From positions 16,554,001 to 16,618,000 of the forward strand of contig OZ024766.1 of NCBI GenBank assembly GCA_964016885.1: a stretch of 64,000 bases of DNA, written 5' to 3'. The notes under the pieces were generated by a model. It had not been told where the DNA came from. It worked only from the letters and a program-made list of their open reading frames with translations, and did not search any database. Numbering within the stretch: position 1 is the first letter of the stretch; each line of letters begins with the position of its first letter. The DNA is from Eledone cirrhosa (Eukaryota). Shown here in pieces: positions 26,820 through 41,032 of this stretch. The position numbers and the translations under genes were made by a program.

Positions 26820-27089
26820 TACATAATTAAATAGACGGAGGTAATTTAGATAATAAATATATCTTTAATTTACTTAAAGCAATAACAAGGTACAGCTAAA
26901 TATAAACTATATTTTATAATGTAAGGTAGTGAACAAGATAATTAAATAGACGGAGGTAATTTAAATAATAAATATAGCTTTAACTTACTTAAAGCAATAA
27001 CAAGGTACAGCTAAATATAAACTATATTTTATAATGTAAGGTAGTGAACAAGATAATTAAATAGACGGAGGTAATTTAAATAATAAAGA
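26820..27089. repeat. 115-bp AT-rich repeat (~2.3 copies)
   Basis: Matches 6621-6890. Confidence 0.88.
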
Positions 27090-27832
27090 CAGTCATAACA
27101 ATATATTTTATATCACATGTAACAGTGGAATCTGGTTAATTACTGAATCGTTGAAGGGTTCACATAATTATATTATTTACACACATTAATATAGACATTA
27201 AGTAAATCTTTGTCAACTTACCTCCTTCACATATAATCAATGTATTGTGTTGTTAGTTGTTACTAAACAACCAAAGAAATAATCTCTTTGTTATCAAATT
27301 AGAAGTTTCAATGTTATCAGCTTTATTTCACGACATTAACGTTGGTGTATCTTCTTCATCTTTAGTCATAAATTGATATCTTCTCAGAATGAAGTAGTGA
27401 GGCTGACTTTATGTCTTTAGCTACAGATTTGATAGGAAATATATATATATTAGGTTGATATGTGGTCTAAAATATATATATTGTCTATAAATGACTGATA
27501 GCAGATGTTCTGGTAAAATAGTAGTTTTACTACTACAGATTGTAATGGAACTCTTAGTAGACACAATTGTAAAGTAAGAATAGATATGACAGTGTAAGAC
27601 TGATGTCGGGGAATTAAAATTGTGTGTATATATATATATATAATTGTTACACAAGATATAATTAGATTAATTAAAGTTATAACGAAGACAGCAGGTACTC
27701 GGCGTCTTAGCGAATGTTTCAACACTCGTACCGGTGTCAAACGTTAAAAGTCCCTGACATAATTTAATACCTTCAGACACATTTCCAGTCGTATTTAATT
27801 CTATGGTGATGTGATTTATTAAAAAGGAATGT

Positions 27833-28209
27833 GATAATTGTTTCTATTTTTTGGCACAAGGCCAGCAATTACTGGTACTATATTTAATCAACCCCGTAAT
27901 AACTGTTTCTACTTTAGGCACAAGGCCAGCAATTACTCCAGTGTATTACTGGTACTTTATTTTATCGACCCCATAATAATTGTTTCTACTTTAGGCACAA
28001 GGCCAGCAATTACCCCAGTGTATTACTGGTACTTTATTTTATCGACCCCATAATAATTGTTTCTACTTTAGGCACAAGGCCAGCAATTACTCCAGTGTAT
28101 GACTGGTACTTTATTTTATCGACCCCGTAATAATTGTTTCTACTTTAGGCACAAGGCCAGCAATTACCCTAGTACATTACTGGTACTTTATAATACCGAC
28201 CCCGTAGGG
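27833..28209. repeat. 77-bp SINE-derived repeat (~5 copies)
   Basis: Matches 7634-8010. Confidence 0.85.
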
Positions 28210-28258
28210 ATGAAAGGCAAAGCTAACCTCTGAGGGATTAACTTTGCTTTTCATCCTT

Positions 28259-29390
28259 ATCTCTATACATATAGGAAATGGACAGAGTGTGTACTTCACT
28301 GAAACCACTGCTCATCAGTTGACACCAGCACCACCTGACACTACTCTAACTGCTTTTTTGAAACACTGCCAGAATAAAGAATTTGTTCGATCCCTCCTAT
28401 ATGCTGACATCCCAAAATACTACACCTGGACCAATTGTAAGACTTGGAATCAAAGGAAGCAGGGTCATTTAGTGGAAGGGATGAAGTCAAGGAAAGTGAT
28501 GCTATTGTGCATGTTTACAATGACCACCCCAACAACAGAGAGAGTTTTTATTTACAGCCACTTCTGCATATTGTTCAAGGACCAACGTCATTTGAGGATC
28601 TCAGGTGATTTGGTGGAAGAGTGCAGCACATACCAAGAAGCATCTAAAGAACATCAACTCCTGCATGGCAATTGACATTGGAAGAAGAGACAAGAAGGGG
28701 CAGTCACTGGAGTAGCCAGTTAAATAAGACAGCCATGGACACCTGTATGACAACTGACATTGGAAGAAGAGACTAGAAGGAGCAGTCACTGGAGTAGCCA
28801 GTTAAATAAGACAGCCATGGACTCCTGTATGCCGACTGACATTGGAAGAAGGGACTAGAAGGAACAGTCACTGGAGTAGCCAGTTAAATAAGACAACCAT
28901 GGACTCCTGTATGACAACTGAGATTGGAAGAAGAGACTAGAAGGAGCAGTCACTGGAGTAGCCAGTTAAAAAAGACAGCCATGGACTCCTGTATGACAAC
29001 TGAGATTGGAAGAAGGGACTAGAAGGAGCAGTCACTGTGGTAGCCAGTTAAATAAGACAGCCATGGACTCCTGTATGACAACTGACATTGGAAGAAGTGA
29101 CTAGAAGGAGCAGTCACTGGAGTAGCCAGTTAAATAAAACAGCCATGGACTCCTGTATGACAACTGACATTGGAAGGAGAGACTAGGAGCAGTCACTGGA
29201 GTGGCCAGTTAAATAAGACAGTTGTTTGCTACTATACTCACAGCATGTGGAATAAATCTCATCTACCCTGGCAGGAGCACAAAAACAATATGTCAGACGA
29301 CTATCTACACCTAGCCCAAAGACGTTATAGCAATATTTATGTGGAATCTACCTCCAGGATTTACAATCAACCTCTGTGCAACCTGTCCCA
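28259..29390 (+). pseudogene. Helitron RepHel fragment with internal 82-bp satellite (28661-29220, ~7 copies)
   Basis: Matches 8060-9190. Confidence 0.85.
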
Positions 29391-31378
29391 TTGAATTCCA
29401 GCAATGAATAGCAATGCGGGATGCCAGAGCCAGAAGAAATTGAGGTAACACAATCAGTTTTTCAGGAGACAAACCATGATATTGAAGTGTTGTGTAAGTT
29501 TGTGGATGAAAATAAACCTTGACTGGTGGATAACCAGAAATATGCCTACCACAACATCTTGAAAAACATTCAACATGACAGCACCCAGCACTTACTGTAA
29601 ATGAGGTTGCCATTAGGAAGGGTATCCAGCCACAATCAGTTCCCGCACCACCCTTCCAAGCAGGGAAAAAGCGGACGTGAAATGAAATGATGATGAATGA
29701 TGATTTTTTCAATAGGGTCACTTTAACGAATCAAAAGATATATAACAGAAAAACAGGCACTAAAATATATTTTCCGTGCTATTTCAAACTTCACCTTTTC
29801 TCTATATATAGAGAGAGAGCGAGAGGACAATTTGTCATGTCTTCATTACATTTATTGAGCAGTGAAGCACGTTTTGCTATCGATCAGCTCAAGGTTTGAT
29901 CTGTATTGATCTAGCCTGACTCTGGAATTAAAAGCTTGTCAGACTTCTGTTGTGGTAATAATGTTACAATCCCTAGATATCATCATCATCGATTAATGTC
30001 TATCTTCCATGCTAGCATGGGTTGGATGGGTTTGTCGTATTTAGAAGCAAGTTAGGTTGGGTGACTGTGTCTCGCTCATATATATATATATATAGCAGGC
30101 GCTGCAAAAAAAATCCGGAAACTAACCATGCATCCCAGACATGGCTTCAAATGACCCAGGCGGGCAGGTGCAGCAAACAAACGTTGCATACCTGACCCTG
30201 TGCGTATCGACAATGGTAGGGTTGTAACCATATCTTTTAACAGATAAACAAATTTTCCGGGAAAGACTGCCCTAACACCAGCTAGAGTTACCTCCCTTGA
30301 CCTACTGCAACATCAAAACACGCTTTTTTGCGAAGAATGAACTCTGACGTGAACTTATCTCTAAAAACACATTCTGGGCCATGTAAGGAACACTTTTTAG
30401 TTATTTATACCCTTGAGAAGCCCATCCAGGTGAAAATTACATAGGTGCTATTTTAAATAAACATCTTTTAACGGTCTGTTCTGCTATATTTTACTTTTCC
30501 ACGTATATATATATATATTTATATATATATATCAACTAGAAATTGATTGACATATAAATAAACATATGAAACAATCACAGGGGATAATTTGTAAAAGTGT
30601 GTAAGCACACATAGCTAGGTAGGTAACTAAATAAATTTAACTAGAACTTCAAAAATCGATACCTTAGAAAATGATTAATCTTCCTTGTATATATTCCATT
30701 AAAGAAATATATTTCACCAATTAATCGATTGGTAAACGACAGTAGCCAGATCTTGGATTCTCAACCAGGAAGAAGTCCAACCATCTGTGTTTACGCATCA
30801 AGTTCAAATCAGCGACTGACCAGTAACACGTGCTGTATCTACTAAAAATACACACATCATACCAGCTTCGTCCTAGTTGCGTGAATAGGGTTATTGACAA
30901 CTAGAAACAGCGGTCAGGTCCTTTCAACAGAGTTAGCTCTACAATTAAGGGGCCGTATTTATATATATATATATCCAAAATTAAGATAAATTAAAATAAA
31001 ATTAATCTAAATCAAATTATGGGTGTCATACCAAAAAGATATATATATATATATACAGAGAAAGAGAAGAGTAGACAAACAGACAATGACAAAGAAGAGG
31101 AATTAACCACCCCAGTATTTCACTGGTATTTCATTTATTGGCCTCAAAATAGCAAAGCAACTTTACCTCAGTGGGATTTGTACTCTGAGAACTAGAACAG
31201 ACACTGAAAATATATCAAGATGTGCACACATGTATATAAGAAAACATATAAACATACACATACATATACACACACATATATATACAAATAAAGATAATCA
31301 TATTCATGGACAGAAATTTCTACTCACTGACATATACACTCATACATATATATAATATATATATAGGAAAATGTTTAA

Positions 31379-31989
31379 GGTGGAAGACTTACGTAGATTA
31401 GAGAGAAACGAAGCCTGCATGCTCCGATGGATGTGTAACAGTAATATACGTGAACGACAAAGCATAAATGAATTGAGAGAGACACTGAACATAAGAGGAA
31501 TCAAATGCTGTGTGCAGGAGAGGCGGTTGCGCTGGTATGGACATGTGATGCGTATGAAGGATGACAGCTGCATAAAAAGGTGCAGAGCACTAGAAGTTGA
31601 TGGAAACCGCGGAGTGGGGAGGCCCAATATGACCTGGGATGAGGTGATAAAAGCCGACCTTACCCAATTACACCTCTTAAAGACAATGATACACGACCGT
31701 GACTTCTGGCGTCACGCAGTAATACAGAGTACCCGACCTCCCATGGGTACATGCTGAAGCATATAAACAATATGTGGACGTGTAGGCGCCACGAAAAAGC
31801 ACCCAGCACTCACTGTAAATGAGGTTGGTGTTAGGAAGGGCATCCAGCTGTAGAAATCAAAGCCAGATCAGTTCCTGTATGAGCAAGGCATGGTCAGCCG
31901 ACCAGACACTGCACACAACAGGAAAACCCGTCTAACCCATGCTAGCGTGGAAGAACGGACGTAAAACGGTGATGATGATGATGATGATG
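31379..31989 (+). mobile_element. RTE LINE 3' fragment (duplicated copy)
   Basis: Identical 128-aa ORF and the same TSD as 11180-11790. Confidence 0.9.
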
Positions 31990-31998
31990 AATATATAT

Positions 31999-32121
31999 AT
32001 AGGAAAATCTTTAACCCCGACGGCAGAGCTCAAGCCATTTCGACGGTTATTTCTGGACTGTTTCCAGAAATAGCCATCGAAACGGATTGAGCTCTGCCGT
32101 CGGGGTTAAACATTTTCTTAT
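31999..32121. repeat. 123-bp hairpin copy
   Basis: Matches 11800-11922. Confidence 0.9.
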
Positions 32122-32346
32122 TACCCACTCTACTACCCTAAGTATTGAGTACTCTGGTGCGTATATGGTCCATCTGGTTCTTTACCACACCTCCTTTGTT
32201 ATATATATATATATATATAAAATTATAAGAAACGAAAGGAGCTGTGTGGTTACTGTAAACAAAGTTTGAGATGGTAATATGGATGAAAGGAGAAAATAAA
32301 CCCTTCATCAGCTGTAAACCGAGATCATAGATGTTTTGGCACATAT

Positions 32347-35300
32347 CATCATCATCATCATCATTTTACGTCCGCTTTTCCCTGCTTGCAAGGGTGGGAC
32401 GGGTCTTATTCAGCACAGCATCTCTCCACTCGTCACGGTCCCTCGTCATCTCCACCGTGAGCTTCAATGATCTGAGGTCTGTTCTCACCATCTCCGCCCA
32501 TGTTTTTCGTGGTCTACCTCTACTACGTCTTCCTTCAACTGGCATTTCCTGGCACTTCTTCACCCATCGGTCATCCTCCATGCGCATCACATGTCCATAC
32601 CACCTCAGTCTCCTCTCCCGTACACTACATTCTATCCCTCTCAGACACAGTTTCTCTCTCAACACATTTATGCTGGGTCGTTCACGCACATTTACACTGC
32701 ACATCCAACGGAGCATGCTTGCCTCATTTCTCTCCAGCCGTCGCATATCTTCTGCGGTAGCTGCCCATGTCTCACTACCATGCAGCATCGCGCTCCTCAC
32801 ACAGGCATCATACAACCGGCCTTTCGTACGCAGGGAGAAACCCTTCTTCGTCAACAGAGGAAGCAGCTCCCTAAACTTCTTCCAACCCGTCCTTATTCTA
32901 GATACTATGGCCTCGGAACACCCTCCTCCCATGCTAATCTGATCTCCTAGATACCGGAAGCTATCCACCACTTCTATAGCGCCCTCTCGCATTTGAAAAA
33001 TGTGTCTATCAGTGCGACTTCTACTGTCTAATTTCCCTGTACATCTACTGCATACATATTTCTCCCTACCTGTTAGTTTGCCTGCTATCCCGCTACATCT
33101 CTTGTGTACCCAGGACCTACATTGTGTGCATTTTATAGAATTTATGCCAGTTCCTTTTCTGCATATCGAACATGGCCATTTCCCTGACGGAATCAGGGTT
33201 TTGTCCTCTTTTCTACTCATCAACACTTTTGTCTTAGCTAGATTTACTCTCAGTCCTCTTGCTTCCAACTGCTGTTTCCATAGCCGGAATTTATTCTCTA
33301 GCTCCTCTACTGATTCTGCCATAAGAGCCAGATCGTCAGCATAGAGAAGTTCCCATGGACAGCCAGTCTTAAACTCCTCTGTTATGGCTTGGAGGACTAT
33401 AATGAACAAGAGCGGGCTGAGGACCGAACCCTGATGTACTCCTACTTGTATCTGGAATGCCTCACTAAACTCCATTCCTACCCTGACTTTACTGAGAGTA
33501 CCTCTGTACAAAGTTTGCACTGTCCTTACAAGCCATTCCTCAACACCCAGCTTCCTTAGGGACCACCAGATGACAGATCGGGGTACCCTATCAAAGGCCT
33601 TCTCTAGGTCAACAAAGGCCAAGTATAGTGGCTTATTCTTCTCTAAGAACCTCTCTTGCATTTGTCTCACCAAGAAGAGGGCATCTGTTGTACTCTTCCC
33701 AGGCACAAAACCAAACTGCATCTCATCTAGTTTGACCCTTTCTCTAATTAGTTGTGCTAAAATCCTTTCTGCCACTTTCATAACCTGATCTATCAGTTTT
33801 ATACCCCTATAATTGCTCCTCTCCAAAGCATCCCCTTTACCTTTGTAGCAATTTATGAGAATACTGCTGCACCAGTCTTTGGGTATGACACCACCATATA
33901 TAGCCTGATTGATTATGCGTGCAACCAGTTTAGTGCCTACGTCCCCTGATGCCTTCAGCATCTCAGCAACTATTCCCGATGGTCCGGCCGCCTTACCATT
34001 TTTCATTTCCCTAATCGCCTCTTGGACCCTATATTCGTCAATCTCAATAGCTGGTCCCTCTGTCGGATCTACCAAGGGTAATTTCTCTCTCTCCCATTCG
34101 TTCTCCACATTCATCAGTCTCTCATAATGACATTTCCAGGCCTCCTTTTTCTGGTCATTCGTGACACTAAGTACACCGGCATCATCCCGGACACATTTAT
34201 CACCAACAACATCCTGATTTGCATTGACACACTGCCTTGCAATGTGGAACACCGCACGCCTCTGATCTTCCCGTCGCAGAACATTGGCAAACCTCCTACT
34301 CTCTGCTTCCCTGCGTGCTAAGTACACCTGACGTCTAGCTTCTCTCTTAGTGGCTGTATATTCTTCCCTACTCCCACCCTTATTCCAAGCCTTCCATGCT
34401 AGTCTTTTGTCTCTAATAGCCTTATCTACACTGCTGTTCCACCACCAGGTCACTCTCTGTCTGGTTGGGGCTCTGCTCCAGCCACAAGTTTCATCAGTAG
34501 CCTTCAGCAAGTTGTCACGTAAGAACTTCCAGTTATTATCTATGTCATACGTCTCTAAATCGTCTTCTTTTTCGTCATATACATCTTGAAGGGCTTTCCT
34601 AAATTTGAATTTTAGTGAAAGGTCTTTTAGCTTCCAGACCTTTCTTCTCCACACCTTCCTATATGGCTCATTCCATCTCTTGCTTACTGAGATATCACTA
34701 ACAACTAACCTATGCTGTGGGGTACATTCTTCCCCAGGGTATGCCTTGGTATTAGACACTATCTTCCTGTCCCGCTGCCTAACTAGCAGGAAGTCAATCT
34801 GGCTTATGTGCTCACCAGATTTGTAGGTTATTAGGTGATTGGCAGGTTTCTGGAAGTTTGTGTTGCAAATAGTCAATGTACTTGCATCACAAAATTCAAG
34901 AAGTCTCACTCCTTCTTCATTTCTTGAACCGTAACCATGCCCACCATGTACCCCAGTGTAACCATCCTGGAGCTGTCCAACATGACCATTGAAGTCTCCT
35001 GCTAGCATAACGATGTCTCCGTCCTCTGTCATTGTGGTTGTTTGCAAAAGTTGCTCATAAAAGCAGTCTTTCTCATCTTTGCCTAGGCCTGCTTGGGGAG
35101 CATAGACCGAGATGATTGTCAGTAGTCTCCTACCTACAACTAATCTAAGCTTAATTATTCGATTACTAACTCGAACTACCTCTATTGTCTTATTGATCCA
35201 TTTCTCAGCCAGGAAAATGCCTACTCCCCCTAACCCATCATCCTTACCTACCCAGAATAGCTTATAGCTAAGACGCTTGCCTACGACTAGTCTCGCAGAG

Positions 35301-35397
35301 GCACCTCTCCATCTCACCTCTTGCACGCAGCACACATCCACCTGCCTTCTCTCCAGCATCTCCGCTATTTCAGCAGATCTACCTCTGAGAGTGCCAA
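32347..35397 (-). mobile_element. RTE-clade LINE with uninterrupted ORF, 5'-truncated
   Basis: Begins at (V)GTLRGRSAEIAEML; (TGA)n tail directly at the stop; inserted in cac(at)n. Confidence 0.95.
32366..35359 (-). CDS. LINE ORF: APE endonuclease, reverse transcriptase and PHD-like C4HC3 finger
   Basis: 997-aa open frame; FVDLEKAFD, HQGSVLSP, YADD; CSIC..CTQC..H..C..CSRC. Confidence 0.92.
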   Translation of the reverse strand: MLERRQVDVCCVQEVRWRGASARLVVGKRLSYKLFWVGKDDGLGGVGIFLAEKWINKTIEVVRVSNRIIKLRLVVGRRLLTIISVYAPQAGLGKDEKDCFYEQLLQTTTMTEDGDIVMLAGDFNGHVGQLQDGYTGVHGGHGYGSRNEEGVRLLEFCDASTLTICNTNFQKPANHLITYKSGEHISQIDFLLVRQRDRKIVSNTKAYPGEECTPQHRLVVSDISVSKRWNEPYRKVWRRKVWKLKDLSLKFKFRKALQDVYDEKEDDLETYDIDNNWKFLRDNLLKATDETCGWSRAPTRQRVTWWWNSSVDKAIRDKRLAWKAWNKGGSREEYTATKREARRQVYLARREAESRRFANVLRREDQRRAVFHIARQCVNANQDVVGDKCVRDDAGVLSVTNDQKKEAWKCHYERLMNVENEWEREKLPLVDPTEGPAIEIDEYRVQEAIREMKNGKAAGPSGIVAEMLKASGDVGTKLVARIINQAIYGGVIPKDWCSSILINCYKGKGDALERSNYRGIKLIDQVMKVAERILAQLIRERVKLDEMQFGFVPGKSTTDALFLVRQMQERFLEKNKPLYLAFVDLEKAFDRVPRSVIWWSLRKLGVEEWLVRTVQTLYRGTLSKVRVGMEFSEAFQIQVGVHQGSVLSPLLFIIVLQAITEEFKTGCPWELLYADDLALMAESVEELENKFRLWKQQLEARGLRVNLAKTKVLMSRKEDKTLIPSGKWPCSICRKGTGINSIKCTQCRSWVHKRCSGIAGKLTGREKYVCSRCTGKLDSRSRTDRHIFQMREGAIEVVDSFRYLGDQISMGGGCSEAIVSRIRTGWKKFRELLPLLTKKGFSLRTKGRLYDACVRSAMLHGSETWAATAEDMRRLERNEASMLRWMCSVNVRERPSINVLREKLCLRGIECSVRERRLRWYGHVMRMEDDRWVKKCQEMPVEGRRSRGRPRKTWAEMVRTDLRSLKLTVEMTRDRDEWRDAVLNKTRPTLASREKRT

Positions 35398-35624
35398 CAT
35401 ATATATATATATATATACAGTGTTTGTAAATTCTGTACCATACAGATTTGTCAGCACAAGTCTTGGTTACAACTTCTACAAATAAAATGAAAGGAGAATA
35501 ATTTCAGAACAAACAAGTTTTATTCAAGATATTAACAACATTGGTGGCACTATTTTGGGTGAATGACATAGTTTTTATCTTGTCTGATTGTGTTTGTGTT
35601 ACATTAAGTAACCTTATGTTGGTA

Positions 35625-37172
<1,548 letters not shown>

Positions 37173-38874
37173 AATAATTCTTCTACCCTTGGCAGAATTT
37201 ACAGATGTTATTCTTTAATATTTTTCATATTATATTCCTAAAAAATATTTTTTCTGTTATATTTCCCTCAATTATGATCTCAGTTAATACCTGAAGATGA
37301 TGCAAACTTCTTTGTCATTGAAGCTGAGTTAAAATACAAAATATATCTCTCATATATATACCACACAGTGAAGAAAAGGAATTTTGTCTTTAAACTCAGT
37401 TCTGAGGAAATATATCACAGTAATTCTGATAGATTTATATAAACAGTGTTATATAAGTTCTGTTTAAAAAGTTTTAATCTTCAAATGATGATAAATAGAG
37501 GTGATGTATCCAAGATTGAAAATAATAATTTATCCCAATGTCATCTGATATTCTGAAATGAAAAAGAAACAGTATGAAATAATAGAGAATATTTAAGAAG
37601 CAGAGATAGATTTAACAGTGGAAATTTTACATCTATAAACCCTGGAAACTTTTTATTGAAAAATCAAATTATTTTAATTTTTAATTTGTTACAAGAAATC
37701 TTCCTCCACACCTGCAACCATGAGTGCATCTGGGGTTCTCTTCTCTTCAGAGAGATGGATCCTCATGAGGTGGAGAGAATACTTTGCTGATCTCCCAAAC
37801 CCGATCACAACAGCATCTTCGGATGTACATGAGGTGAATCTGATAGCGGTGACTAATCTCTCGGAGGCTGAGGTCACAAGAGCAATTAAAGAGCTCAAAT
37901 GTGACCGACTCATGTGTGTCAGATGGCCTGGGTCTCTGAAATGGCACTCGGGAGTGATAATCTCAATTTATAAAAAGGGAGACATGAGAGATTGTTCCAA
38001 ATAGAGAGGGATCACCTTGTTAAGACTCCCTGGTAAAGTATATGCTAAGTTTCTGGCAAAGTGATGTAGCGAGTCCGAGCTAGGTGATGGACAGTGCTGT
38101 TTTCTCCCTGGGTGCAACATAACCCACCAAATATTCACACTGTGGCAGGTCTTTGAGAAATCATGGGAGTATTGCCAAGAGGTATATATTATCGTTTTAT
38201 AGACCTTGAAAATGCATATGATCGCATTCTTCAGGACCTGCTGTGAATACAGGAGTTCCCATGGGCAGCCAGTCTTAAACATCTCTGTTATAGGCTGCAG
38301 GACGATAATAACTAAGTGAGGGCTAAGAACAGAGCCCTGGTGGACACCAGACTACACTCCAAATTCTTCACTATAATTGTTTCTATTTTAAACACAAGGC
38401 CAGCAATTAACCAGTACATTACTTTATTTTATCGACCCCATAAGGATGATTGGCAAAGTTAAACTCGGCGGGATTTGAACTCAGATCATAAAGGGACGTA
38501 ACTCTGTGCCTCAAAGCATGGTGTCCGACTCTCTACCGATACTGCCACTTCACTATAATGAATGTTAATCCTGACATTGCTGACTGCTCTTCTATACATG
38601 GCTTTATGATCCTGTATACAAGACATGTATCAGACGGTTATTCAGCTAGCTCTTTAGAGTATTAGAACCTTATTATGTACAGCCACCGAGATCCCACACC
38701 AACAGATGTCCCTTCACCATCAAAGCAGTCCCTGAAATACAGATACTCAACCCCTACTTGGCTGGCTAATCAGACATAATTATAATGAAATGAAACCCAC
38801 AATAAAGTAATGTTCAACCATAAGTAGATGAAGTTAATTAAATTGTAAGAGATTTAGACTAAAATAGACAGAAT

Positions 38875-39365
38875 ATTAATTTACTTAAAGCAATAACAAG
38901 GTACAGCTAAATATAAACTATATTTTATAATGTAAAGTAGTGAACAAGATAAATAAATAGACGGAAGTAATTTAAATAATAAAAATATATTTAACTTACT
39001 TCAAGCAACAACAAGGTACAGATAAATATAAACTATATTTTATAATGTAAGGTAGTGAACAAGATAATTAAATAGACGGAGGTAATTTAAATAATAAAAA
39101 TATCTTTAATTTACTTAAAGCAACAACAAGGTACAGCTAAATATAAACTATATTTTATAATGTAAGGTAGTGAACAAGATAATTAAATAGACGGAGGTAA
39201 TTTAAATAATAAATATATCTTTACAGCTAAATATAAACTATATTTTATAATGTAAAGTAGTGAACAAGATAAATAAATAGACGGAAGTAATTTAAATAAT
39301 AAAAATATATTTAACTAACTTAAAGCAATGACAAGGTACAGCTAAATATAAACTATATTTTATTT
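38875..39365. repeat. 115-bp AT-rich repeat (~4-5 copies), interrupted by a LINE
   Basis: Unit resumes at 41033 (taatgtaaggtagtgaac). Confidence 0.85.
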
Positions 39366-39367
39366 TA

Positions 39368-41032
39368 TAATAATGAAATTATTGTGTACAGTGCTCAGGT
39401 GCACTACAACTCATCAAAGGTGCATGTATAGTACATAGAATAATGTACAAATGTCAGGAAAATGAACAGTGTATGAGTCATGATATAATAACAATAACAA
39501 TAATGAAATATTGTGTACAGTGCCCAGGTGCACCACAACTCATCAAAAAAGTGCATGTACAGTACATAGGGCAATGCACAAACATCAGTAAAATGAACAG
39601 TGCACGAGTCATGATACACACATGTGTGCATGTGTATGGAAGGGGTACATCAGGTGTAGTTTTGGCGTATTTCGGGAAGCATGAGTGTCTTAAAGGATGC
39701 AGTGTCTCGGCAGCTAACAATTGACGCAGGCAGTTTATTCCATGCTTCAGCAACTCTGAGCGTGAAAAAATGTCTGCGAAAGTCATGGGAGCTGTGCTGT
39801 TTTCTTATCTTGTAGGCATGTCCACGTGTGTTAGACGCATGGAGATCAAAGAGGCGCTCAGGGTTGCAGTTGGCGAGATGGTTAAAAACTTTGTGGGTAT
39901 TCACCAAGTCCATTGCCAGACGTCGGAGCTTCAATGAATCCATGCCCAGGGAAGCAAGGCGTTCAGAGTATGGTAGGTGTCTGATGGAGGGTATGCGCTT
40001 GGTTGCACGTCTCTGAACAGTTTCCAGGAGGTCAATGTTCCGAGCAAGATAGGGGTTCCAGACTGATGATGCGAATTCCAAGTGTGGTCGCACCATAGCT
40101 GTATACAGTTTTAAATAGATGGCTGGAGAGCGGCTAACAAAGGTCTTGTTGAGTGATGCCAAGACACCCTCGGCCTTCTTGACAATCTTAGAGACATGCT
40201 TTGTCCAACGCAAATAGTTGCTGACAGTAATGCCCAGGTCACGTTCACAAGAGGACTTTTTGATGTCAGTGTTGTGGGGGGAGTATGTGGACGCTGGATT
40301 TTTCCTTCCAAAATGCATGGTGGTACACTTGTCCACAGCCAGCTTCAGTTGCCAGTCTGTGTTCCATTGCTGCATTGTGTCCAGGTCTGACTGTAGGAAA
40401 GAGTTGTAAATTTCAGGATCAGTCCTTTTGATTTCAAGGTACAGCTTGATGTCATCTGCATATTTTAGTACCGTGGCATTCTGTAAGTTGGCATCTATGT
40501 CATTAATATATGCCACAAACAAAAGAGGACCAAGAACAGATCCCTGTGGTACACCAGATGACATCTCATATGGTGAAGAATGCTGTCCTAGAACCGTGAC
40601 TACTTCCTTTCGGCTGAGAATGAAGGATTTCAGCCAGTCGAAAAGATCATCCCTCACACCCATTGCAGAGAGTTTTGCCATAAGTCTTTTGTGTGGCACA
40701 GAATTAAAAGCCTTAGCAAAGTCAAGGTAAACAACATCCACCCATGAGCCGCTGTCAGTGATCCGGGTGATGTCCTCAAGGAACTCGATAAGCAGATCAC
40801 AGCAGCTGGAGTTAGGGATAAATCCAAACTGTGAGGGCCGGATGAGGCTGTGAGAGCTCCAGAAGTTCCAAAGTGTTTCTCTGACACAGGATTCCATCAG
40901 TTTGGCCATACAGCTAGTAAGACTGACTGGACGATAGTTGACAGGTGACATGCGGTTCCCCTTTTTGAACAGGGGAGTGACACTGGCAGTTTTCCACTGC
41001 TCTGGAGTAGCACCATTGCTGAGACAGTATTG
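39368..41032 (-). mobile_element. 5'-truncated CR1/L2-like LINE
   Basis: NYRPVSLTS, YLDFAKAF, GVPQGSVLGP, YADD, VRPHLEFASSVWNP, FFTLRVAEAWNKLP; present in this unit only. Confidence 0.9.
39650..40951 (-). CDS. Reverse transcriptase (partial ORF2) of CR1/L2-like LINE
   Basis: 433 aa; frame stays open up to the 5' truncation at 41032. Confidence 0.85.
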   Translation of the reverse strand: MSPVNYRPVSLTSCMAKLMESCVRETLWNFWSSHSLIRPSQFGFIPNSSCCDLLIEFLEDITRITDSGSWVDVVYLDFAKAFNSVPHKRLMAKLSAMGVRDDLFDWLKSFILSRKEVVTVLGQHSSPYEMSSGVPQGSVLGPLLFVAYINDIDANLQNATVLKYADDIKLYLEIKRTDPEIYNSFLQSDLDTMQQWNTDWQLKLAVDKCTTMHFGRKNPASTYSPHNTDIKKSSCERDLGITVSNYLRWTKHVSKIVKKAEGVLASLNKTFVSRSPAIYLKLYTAMVRPHLEFASSVWNPYLARNIDLLETVQRRATKRIPSIRHLPYSERLASLGMDSLKLRRLAMDLVNTHKVFNHLANCNPERLFDLHASNTRGHAYKIRKQHSSHDFRRHFFTLRVAEAWNKLPASIVSCRDTASFKTLMLPEIRQNYT

